In this document: positions 41,101-48,471 of the stretch, in pieces
How the letters are laid out: the number at the start of each line of letters is the position of its first letter
Numbering within the stretch: the stretch's first letter is position 1
From: an uncultured SAR86 cluster bacterium
GTDB taxonomy: Bacteria > Pseudomonadota > Gammaproteobacteria > Magnimaribacterales > AG-339-G14
Reading direction: 5' to 3'
DNA: 64,000 bases
Assembly (NCBI GenBank): GCA_902616715.1
Contig: CACMTR010000004.1
Location: forward strand, 117,053 to 181,052
Position numbers and translations under genes: made by a program
Notes under the pieces: generated by a model
What the model saw: only the letters and a program-made list of their open reading frames with translations
Databases searched by the model: none
Told to the model about the DNA's origin: nothing

Positions 41101-42663
41101 TTGCATAGATTTTTTTATTTTTTAACATTCTTCTTTTCGATAGTTCTTCTATCTCATCCAAATTCTTCTATTGAGAAGTATCCTGACGAAATGGCACATG
41201 CACCAACACCTCTGCCAGATAGAGTAGTCTTAACTTGGAATGATGATCCTGCAACAACCCAAGCAGTAACATGGAGAACTGATACATCTATCGAAGTGGG
41301 GCTTGCACAGCTTGCTATAGCAAATGCAAATGGGAGGGCGCTTAAGCCAGATGAGTTTAAAGCAGAAACAAGTTACTTCGAGAGTGATATAAATGAGGCT
41401 CATTACCATAGTGTTACTTTTAAGAATCTTCAACCCAATACTCTATATGCTTATAGAGTTGGAGATGGAGTAAATTGGACAGAGTATTATCACTTTAAAA
41501 CTGCAAGCTCTTCAGAAGATCCCTTCAGTTTTATTTATTTCGGTGACGCACAAAATGAAGTGAGAACTCATTGGTCCAGAGTTTTTAGGGAAGCTTTTCG
41601 TGATGCACCAAGAGCTGCATTTACATTACATGCTGGTGATTTAATTGATGAACACAATATGGACTCACAATGGGGTGAATGGCATCAGGGTCCTGATTGG
41701 GTTAATGGAACAATTCCTGTTATAGCAACCCCTGGCAATCATGAATATCAAAAAGATTCTGAAACTAAAAGAATATGGACAAACAAAGATGGTCAACCTA
41801 TAAATATCGAAATTGAATCTTTAAACAATGATAATCCAGAGATCTTAATTGTTGATATCGAAGACTTTCAAAATAGAACAGGAACAATAAAGATTAAAGA
41901 TTCTGGAGAAATAATAGATGCCGATGAGGGCATTGAATTAATTACAGGGTACAAAAAAGAAGAACTCATAAATAAACCAATTTTGGGTGGCAAAGCTCCA
42001 CTATATGATCGTCTTCAAAATCCGGATGGAATTCAAAAGGTTAGCAATCATTGGAGACCACAATTCTCTTTTCCAATCCAGAATGTTCCCGATGAACGAT
42101 TAAGAGAGACTTTGTACTATCTGGATTACCAAGGTGTTCGTTTTATATCGCTTGATTCAAATATTGAAATGGAGATTCAAGTAGATTGGCTTAGAAAAGT
42201 TCTAGAAGAGAATGATAATCGTTGGACAATAATTACATTTCACCATCCACTATATTCTCCTGCATCAGATCGAGATAATTTAGAAATGCGTCAACTATGG
42301 AAACCATTACTTGATGAATTTAAAGTTGATCTTGTTTTAAGCGGGCACGATCATACCTACTCTCGTACTGGTCTAATTGATGCAAAAAAAGTTGAAAATA
42401 TTCCAACAGGTTATCAGCAGGCTTATGATCCAGAAATCGGCACTGTCCATGTTGTTTCAGTAAGCGGACCAAAAATGTATGAAATTACTAAAGGTTTATA
42501 TGCAAAAAAGTTAGGAGAAAATACTCAGCTCTATCAAATTATAGATATTAACAAAGATAATCTAAGGTTCCGCGCATATAAGGCAACGGGAAAGCTATAT
42601 GATGAATTTCTTCTTAAAAAACGTAAAGAACAACCAAATTTATTAATTGAAACTAATCCTTAA
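41101..42663 (+). CDS. Secreted purple-acid-phosphatase-like metallophosphoesterase with an enlarged insert
   Basis: 520 aa with TTG start and a signal peptide. It has a PAP N-terminal beta-domain (VVLTWNDDPATTQAVTWRT). Calcineurin-like motifs are YFGDAQN, HAGDLIDE, TPGNHEY, FHHPLY and SGHDHTY. Confidence 0.8.
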   Translation: MHRFFYFLTFFFSIVLLSHPNSSIEKYPDEMAHAPTPLPDRVVLTWNDDPATTQAVTWRTDTSIEVGLAQLAIANANGRALKPDEFKAETSYFESDINEAHYHSVTFKNLQPNTLYAYRVGDGVNWTEYYHFKTASSSEDPFSFIYFGDAQNEVRTHWSRVFREAFRDAPRAAFTLHAGDLIDEHNMDSQWGEWHQGPDWVNGTIPVIATPGNHEYQKDSETKRIWTNKDGQPINIEIESLNNDNPEILIVDIEDFQNRTGTIKIKDSGEIIDADEGIELITGYKKEELINKPILGGKAPLYDRLQNPDGIQKVSNHWRPQFSFPIQNVPDERLRETLYYLDYQGVRFISLDSNIEMEIQVDWLRKVLEENDNRWTIITFHHPLYSPASDRDNLEMRQLWKPLLDEFKVDLVLSGHDHTYSRTGLIDAKKVENIPTGYQQAYDPEIGTVHVVSVSGPKMYEITKGLYAKKLGENTQLYQIIDINKDNLRFRAYKATGKLYDEFLLKKRKEQPNLLIETNP

Positions 42664-42682
42664 AAATAAATTTAATGAAAAT

Positions 42683-43963
42683 CTAGACTGTTGGATCTGA
42701 ATCGATTTCGTATGAAAAAAGCTTAAAACTCTGCATAGCATACAAAACCAGCAAACTTAAAAGACTGATTGACTGGTGAAGTACAAATACTTGAAAGATC
42801 ATTAGATTTGAATTGAATAAACCTGAGAAAAATAAAATAGAGATCAAAAGAGAAATTTTGATAGTTTCGTTAATATAATTTAGTTGATAACTCTCAAACC
42901 CTTTTAAAGTCACAATTACTGAAGCAATCAGAATTAAAGCGTAAGCATAACTTTCCAGTAGACCAAGACTGCCAATGGACGAGGCAATAAATGCCGATGT
43001 CAAAATAATGAAAGACAGCTGGATCCAGCCATAAATTTTCAAATAGATTGAGTTTTTCGGATCATAGACTTCAAAATTTGTTAGGTCATTTCTGAAGATG
43101 GGGTAGTTTAGCTCTACATCACTGGGGCGCCATTTCGGCGGGGAGAAAATTACTTTGAATTTATCAGACCATTTTTTTGTACGGCTGAAATCTCTAATAA
43201 TCTCAGCGAACACTTCGAAATTTGCTTTGAGAGGATTCCAACTTCGCAGCGGTTTAGTTGTGCCATAGATAGGTTTCACTTCGTCTTTTTCAGGTTTATA
43301 AGAACCAAACATACGATCCCAAATAATGAAAACACCGCCATAATTTGCATCGATGTAGTCTTTGTTCTGAGCGTGGTGAACTCTGTGATTCGACGGGGTG
43401 ACGAAAACATACTCTAGCCAACCTAATTTTCCTATATGTTCGGTATGTACCCAGAATTGATACACTAAATTTATACCTGCTACGGTTACAAAGACTTCAG
43501 GTGGAATCCCGATAAGAAACATTGGTAAGTAGAAAATCCACTTCCAAAGAAAACCGGTACTAGTTTGTCTTAGCGCTGTTGAAAGATTAAATTCTTCCCC
43601 ATGATGATGCACCACATGCGTAGCCCATAGAATTTTTACTTCATGGTGCAATCTGTGCATCCAGTAGTAACTTAAATCGTATAAAAAGAAAGCTAAGATC
43701 CACACCCAAAGGTTACTAGCTGAAAACAATGCAAGGTTAAAATATACTGCTACATAAGCAAAAGCTGCGCCTTGCAGACCAATCCCTAATAAAGGAATGA
43801 ATCTGCTGATTAACCCAAGCGATATGCTGGTGAATGTGTCGTTAAACCTGTAATTATTTTTGCCAGTGAAATAGCCATAAAGAATTTCTACGAACATAAG
43901 CAGAAAAAAAGTTGGCACCGCCAAGTTAATTATTATCGAAGAGTCAAAAGCTATGCTTTGCAT
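42683..43963 (-). CDS. Fatty-acid hydroxylase / sterol desaturase-superfamily membrane di-iron enzyme with C-terminal multi-TM extension
   Basis: 426 aa. His boxes are HRLHHEVKILWATHVVHHHGEE and HRVHHAQN, plus an NLSTALRQ block. The C-terminal region of about 130 aa forms additional TM helices. Confidence 0.8.
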   Translation of the reverse strand: MQSIAFDSSIIINLAVPTFFLLMFVEILYGYFTGKNNYRFNDTFTSISLGLISRFIPLLGIGLQGAAFAYVAVYFNLALFSASNLWVWILAFFLYDLSYYWMHRLHHEVKILWATHVVHHHGEEFNLSTALRQTSTGFLWKWIFYLPMFLIGIPPEVFVTVAGINLVYQFWVHTEHIGKLGWLEYVFVTPSNHRVHHAQNKDYIDANYGGVFIIWDRMFGSYKPEKDEVKPIYGTTKPLRSWNPLKANFEVFAEIIRDFSRTKKWSDKFKVIFSPPKWRPSDVELNYPIFRNDLTNFEVYDPKNSIYLKIYGWIQLSFIILTSAFIASSIGSLGLLESYAYALILIASVIVTLKGFESYQLNYINETIKISLLISILFFSGLFNSNLMIFQVFVLHQSISLLSLLVLYAMQSFKLFSYEIDSDPTV

Positions 43964-44046
43964 GGAAAAATTCTATGTTTATCTTATTGTTTAGGCAATG
44001 ATTTTACGTTAAAGTTTTTTTGCTAAATACTTTTATGGAGAAATTA

Positions 44047-44745
44047 ATGACTGATATAGCTAAATTATCTAAGGAAGGGGACATCTCAATTATTCAATTA
44101 GATGATGGAAAAGCCAATGCTTTTTCTTTTGATATGCTCACCACTGTTCAAGGATTTTTGGGTGAGATACCAAAAGATTCCGGTGCGGTAGTCATTACGG
44201 GAAGGGCAGGCTTGTTTTCTGGTGGTTTTGATCTAAAGACACTCGCATCGGGCGATGCTGAAGCTGCAATGAAGATGACAAACCTAGGATTCAAAACCCT
44301 TTTAGATCTCTATTCTTTTCCGCGTCCAATAGTCGCGGCGGTATCTGGCCATGCAGTAGCTTTAGGTTTATTCACAGTTTGTTGCGCAGACATAAGAATA
44401 GGAATTGAAGGTAAGTTTGTTTTACAAGCTAATGAGGTTCGAAACAACATGGACATTCCAGTACAAATTTTAGAAATTATTAAAGATAGATTGGACAAAA
44501 AACACTACTATAAGGCGCTTTACCATTCTGACACTTACACCCCTACCGAAGCAGTTACAGCAGGCCTTTTGGATGAAGTAGTACCGGCCGAAAAATTGAT
44601 GGAAACTGCTTTAGAAAGAGCAAATGAGTTAGCCACTTTGCCTCATCCACATTACGAGAAAACAAAACAATACTCTCAAAAATTAGTGGTTGAAAGAATC
44701 TTAGAAGCTTTAAATCAGCACGGGACGTATATTCCCCAAGCTTAA
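44047..44745 (+). CDS. Enoyl-CoA hydratase/isomerase (crotonase) family protein
   Basis: About 232 aa from the ATG preceded by GGAG. It has DDGKANAF and GRAGLFSGGFDL oxyanion-hole blocks. Confidence 0.85.
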   Translation: MTDIAKLSKEGDISIIQLDDGKANAFSFDMLTTVQGFLGEIPKDSGAVVITGRAGLFSGGFDLKTLASGDAEAAMKMTNLGFKTLLDLYSFPRPIVAAVSGHAVALGLFTVCCADIRIGIEGKFVLQANEVRNNMDIPVQILEIIKDRLDKKHYYKALYHSDTYTPTEAVTAGLLDEVVPAEKLMETALERANELATLPHPHYEKTKQYSQKLVVERILEALNQHGTYIPQA

Positions 44746-45752
44746 TTTTTTTTTCTTAATAAATAATGGGAGACAAACCATTCTTTCCCATTATTTATTC
44801 TAAAAAACTCTCCACAAGTTAGGAAAAAGATTCTCCATCTATAAAACCAAATATTTTTTTCGTCATAATGTGCATTTAAGATTTGCTTTATTGCTTTTGA
44901 ATTTTCATCCATATTTTTTAACCAAGCTTTAGAAGTTTTAGAGTAATGCTTTCCATTAATTTCCCATGATTTGGTAGTTATTAAATCCTCATTAAAAAAA
45001 TTAAAAATATCTTTTGAAGGCATTATTCCGCCAGTGAAGAAAAATTTTGTCATCCAATCTCTCTCATTTTTTACTTCGTAAAGATACGCAGATTGGCTGT
45101 GACAAAATATATGAACAAATAATTTACCGTCATCTACCAAAATTTCGGAAATTTGTTTCAATAAATTTCTATAATTTCTCATATGTTCAAACATTTCTAT
45201 GGAAACAACTCGGTCAAAACTGTTCTTCAAATTCAATTGATTTATATCTTGTCTAACAGCGATGAGGTTTTTTATACCTAATTCTTTTGCTTTTTGGTTA
45301 ACATAGTTAATTTGATCCTCGGAGTTACTGACTGCTGTAAAATTAGAACTATTAAATTTTTGAGCGGCAAAAAGCGAAAAACTTCCCCACCCACAACCTA
45401 AATCTAGAACTTCTTGATTTGGTCCTATGTCAGCTCTTTCGACATAAGTTTCAAGCATCTCTATTTCAGCATCATCTAAATCTTTTGAATATGAATTAAA
45501 CAAACTGCAAGAATATTTAAGTTTGCTTCCTAAAACTTTTTCAAAAAAAGCTGGAGGAACTTCATAATGTTGTTTGTTTGCTGATGGCGCTGATTCTGCT
45601 ATTGGTCCTTCTTTTAATGTGTTTAAAACTTCAAGTTTTTCTGAAAAATTATTTGTATTTTTTATTCTGGCCTTGCTTATGAGCCTTACAGCAATTCTTA
45701 ACAAAAAATCTGGAATAAAGCCTCTCTCTGCTAACCAAATTCCAATATTCAT
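44742..45752 (-). CDS. Cyclopropane-fatty-acyl-phospholipid synthase-family SAM methyltransferase
   Basis: 336 aa with QHYEVPPAFF, the VLDLGCGWGSF SAM motif and VSIEMFEH. It is shorter than E. coli Cfa. Confidence 0.82.
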   Translation of the reverse strand: MNIGIWLAERGFIPDFLLRIAVRLISKARIKNTNNFSEKLEVLNTLKEGPIAESAPSANKQHYEVPPAFFEKVLGSKLKYSCSLFNSYSKDLDDAEIEMLETYVERADIGPNQEVLDLGCGWGSFSLFAAQKFNSSNFTAVSNSEDQINYVNQKAKELGIKNLIAVRQDINQLNLKNSFDRVVSIEMFEHMRNYRNLLKQISEILVDDGKLFVHIFCHSQSAYLYEVKNERDWMTKFFFTGGIMPSKDIFNFFNEDLITTKSWEINGKHYSKTSKAWLKNMDENSKAIKQILNAHYDEKNIWFYRWRIFFLTCGEFFRINNGKEWFVSHYLLRKKN

Positions 45753-45919
45753 TTATTTCGGATGGGGTTCAAATAAGATGCAATCAGTTGACCGTAAAAA
45801 AAATCTTCGCAATAGTTAATTGAGTACATATCTAAAATTTTATCAAATTGGAAGGTACAGTAATAAGAAATAAAATTTATAGTTAATAAGTATCTTAAGA
45901 TATAATCCAAAAACTTTTT

Positions 45920-45995
45920 GGGGCCATAGCTCAGCTGGGAGAGCGCCTGATTTGCATTCAGGAGGTCGGCGGTTCGATCCCGCCTGGCTCCACCA
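45920..45995 (+). tRNA. tRNA-Ala (anticodon UGC)
   Basis: Acceptor is GGGGCCA/TGGCTCC with the G3:U70 alanine identity pair. The anticodon stem is CCTGA/TCAGG with loop TTTGCAT. The T arm is GGCGG-TTCGATC-CCGCC. CCA is encoded. Confidence 0.95.
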
Positions 45996-46023
45996 ATAGG
46001 GAAATTATTGTTATCATTCTAGG

Positions 46024-46620
46024 ATGTTCGTTGTTGGATTAACTGGTGGGATTGGTTCAGGAAAATCAGCAGCCACTACTATTTTTGAAAATTTAGGGAT
46101 TGATGTAGTTGATGCAGACCTAGCATCAAGGGAAGCGGTACTTCCGGGCTCAAAAGCTTTAGATCAAATTCAAAAAAAATTTGGTAGCAAAATACTCCTT
46201 GAAGATCAAACCTTAAACAGAGCTAAGCTAAGAGACATAATTTTTGATAACAATGAAGATAAGATTTGGTTGGAACAATTATTACATCCAGAAATAAAAG
46301 ATATTATTCAATCTAAGTTAGAAAATTCTACCTCAAAATATGTCATTTTAGTTTCGCCGTTGTTATTTGAAACAGATCAACACGAATTCTGCGACACAAC
46401 TATTTTGATTGATTCCTCATTGAATTCACAAATTTCTAGAACTTCCAAAAGGGACTCTGTCTCAGAAGATTCAGTAAAAAAAATAATTTCAGCACAAATG
46501 TCTCGGGACGATAAATTAAAGATCGCAAAGATAGTTATTAACAATGATGATTCTTTAGAGCAGCTAGAATCAAATGTTAAAAAGGTTCATGAAAATCTCA
46601 TAAAAGATATAGCTAAATGA
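46024..46620 (+). CDS. coaE: Dephospho-CoA kinase
   Basis: 198 aa with the P-loop GLTGGIGSGKS. It is followed by yacG, as in E. coli. Confidence 0.92.
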   Translation: MFVVGLTGGIGSGKSAATTIFENLGIDVVDADLASREAVLPGSKALDQIQKKFGSKILLEDQTLNRAKLRDIIFDNNEDKIWLEQLLHPEIKDIIQSKLENSTSKYVILVSPLLFETDQHEFCDTTILIDSSLNSQISRTSKRDSVSEDSVKKIISAQMSRDDKLKIAKIVINNDDSLEQLESNVKKVHENLIKDIAK

Positions 46621-46775
46621 AATGCTTGTATTGTAAAAAGGAATACACAACCAGCTTAAAAAAAAATTTTAAACCTTTTTGTTCTGAGAGATGTAGATCG
46701 TTAGATTTATCAAATTGGTTAAATGAAAAAAATGTAATTTCAAGTACTTTGGATCCTGAGGACAATTATGATTAA
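46617..46775 (+). CDS. yacG: DNA gyrase inhibitor YacG (zinc finger; not in the ORF track, 52 aa)
   Basis: Hand translation gives MKCLYCKKEYTTSLKKNFKPFCSERCRSLDLSNWLNEKNVISS... with the CxxC...CSxRC zinc-ribbon and the D...W motif. It has an ATGA overlap with coaE. Confidence 0.85.
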   Translation: MKCLYCKKEYTTSLKKNFKPFCSERCRSLDLSNWLNEKNVISSTLDPEDNYD

Positions 46776-47314
46776 TCACTCAACAAAGATATTCCAGCGA
46801 CGCCTTGGCCGCCATTATTAACAGCGTCTTCAATATTTTCTTCTTTCATTCCTCCTAGAGCAAAACATGGGCAGTCGCTTAGCGCCGCTAAAGTCTTAAA
46901 ATGACCCCAACCTAGGCCGTCCTTGTTTTTAGTGTTTTGTATTGGAGAAATTAATAAATAATCACAATTAATTTTTTTTGCTTTATAAACTTCTTCCTCA
47001 TTGTGGCAAGACGCACCCAAAATTAGACTAGATGAAATTGGCCTTTTATCGAGTTTTGCTAAATCTTTTGAATTCAGATGCATATTAGAATCTTTAGGCA
47101 TATGATCAATATGTCTGGAGTTAACCGATATTTTTTTATCTAAGTCCTCAGCTAGAGCAATAAAATTATTTAAATGTTTATTGAACTCTTTATCGGTTTC
47201 GAATCTAAGAATCAGTAGATCTATTTTTGAGCCAAAAGTTTTTTTTATTTTTTCAAAATCATCGATTTGTATTACTTCTGGTGTGATACCTATTAGATTA
47301 ACTTCGGTAATCAC
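46772..47314 (-). CDS. Thiamine-phosphate synthase-like (TMP-TENI fold) protein
   Basis: 180 aa. The C-terminal FALGGMKEENIEDAVNNGGQGVAGIS matches the ThiE/TenI phosphate-binding end. It sits where pseudomonads have a MutT-ThiE-like fusion downstream of argJ. True ThiE activity is uncertain. Confidence 0.6.
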   Translation of the reverse strand: MITEVNLIGITPEVIQIDDFEKIKKTFGSKIDLLILRFETDKEFNKHLNNFIALAEDLDKKISVNSRHIDHMPKDSNMHLNSKDLAKLDKRPISSSLILGASCHNEEEVYKAKKINCDYLLISPIQNTKNKDGLGWGHFKTLAALSDCPCFALGGMKEENIEDAVNNGGQGVAGISLLSD

Positions 47315-48470
47315 TATTTATTGAAATGTACTCATGAGTTAAATCAGATGATTTTACTTTAGCGCTATGTTTTGAAGATCCCAACTTAACAGCTATTGAT
47401 ATTCTTTTCTTTTTAAATTCTTTTTTACCTAAAGCCTCTCTATATTTTTTGTGTATTTCTCCATTTTCCATTACTTTAATATCCCCCATTTTTATGGATA
47501 CATTTTTTTCTTGGAATTTATTTTCTGTATTTCCTGCTGCGCTAAGAATTCGACCCCAATTAGGATCCTCGCCATAAGCTGCAGTTTTTAACAAAGGGGA
47601 ATTAGCAATTTTTTTTGCTACTTCTTTGCAAGCAACTTTGGATTTCAATCCAGATACTTTTATTTCAATTAATTTGGTTGCCCCTTCACCATCCAATAAA
47701 AGTTTCTCAGAAAGATCCGTAAAAATTTTCTTAAGCGATCCCTCAAGGGTTTTGAGTAATTTTGGAGATTCAATTAAATTTTTACCTGTCGCAACTAAAA
47801 TACTAGAGTCACTGGGCGATTGTTCGCCGTCAACTGAAATAGAATTAAAAGTTTCATTACAAATATTTTTATGAATTTTTTTTAAGGTTGATTCCGGGAT
47901 TCTTAAATCGGTAAAAACAAAGCTTAATGTAGTTGCCATATTTGGCTCAATCATTCCAACTCCTTTGGCAACACCGACGATAGAAAATTTTTTATTGCCA
48001 ATTTTGGCTATGGTTTTTGAGATTTTAATTTTTTTGTCAGTAGTCATTATAGATGTTGCCAAGTTTTGAAAATTATTTGCTTTAAACTCTTTCAAGCATT
48101 TTTCAAAAGTTAAAGTTATTGATTTAGTTTCGAGTCGTTCCCCAATTACACCAGTAGAGAAGGGCAGTATATTTTTTTTGCTAATACCGGTTTTCTGAGA
48201 GATTGAATCCAAGATCAATTCCAAATCTTTCTCTCCCGCTTTGCCTGTGCCAGCATTAGCATTACCTGCATTAATGGCGAGTAATTTTTCACCATTCATT
48301 TTTTGTGAAAATTTCTTTAAACAGTTTTTTACAGGAACCGACTTAAAATTGTTGGTAGTAAAAACTCCAGATAAGGTTGAGGATTTTGGAATTTTAACCA
48401 CGGCGCAATCCAGACGTTTTTTGTATTTTGAATTAGTGGTTGCACAACCAATTTGAACTTCTTTCAGCAT
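47298..48470 (-). CDS. argJ: Bifunctional ornithine acetyltransferase / N-acetylglutamate synthase
   Basis: 390 aa with the KGVGMIEPNMATTLSFVFTD autoproteolysis site. Confidence 0.92.
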   Translation of the reverse strand: MLKEVQIGCATTNSKYKKRLDCAVVKIPKSSTLSGVFTTNNFKSVPVKNCLKKFSQKMNGEKLLAINAGNANAGTGKAGEKDLELILDSISQKTGISKKNILPFSTGVIGERLETKSITLTFEKCLKEFKANNFQNLATSIMTTDKKIKISKTIAKIGNKKFSIVGVAKGVGMIEPNMATTLSFVFTDLRIPESTLKKIHKNICNETFNSISVDGEQSPSDSSILVATGKNLIESPKLLKTLEGSLKKIFTDLSEKLLLDGEGATKLIEIKVSGLKSKVACKEVAKKIANSPLLKTAAYGEDPNWGRILSAAGNTENKFQEKNVSIKMGDIKVMENGEIHKKYREALGKKEFKKKRISIAVKLGSSKHSAKVKSSDLTHEYISINSDYRS

Positions 48471-48471
48471 C

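Noticed and set aside
45574-45819. 81-aa + strand ORF upstream of tRNA-Ala
   Set aside because: It mostly overlaps the 5' end of the CFA-synthase-like gene on the other strand. It shows no motif, and its remaining part is AT-rich promoter-like DNA.
41025-45919. Classical integrative genomic island at a tRNA
   Set aside because: There is no integrase, recombinase, transposase, phage or conjugation gene. I could not find a direct repeat of the tRNA-Ile or tRNA-Ala 3' end at the opposite boundary. It is kept only as a hypothesis within the finding on the split tRNA pair.
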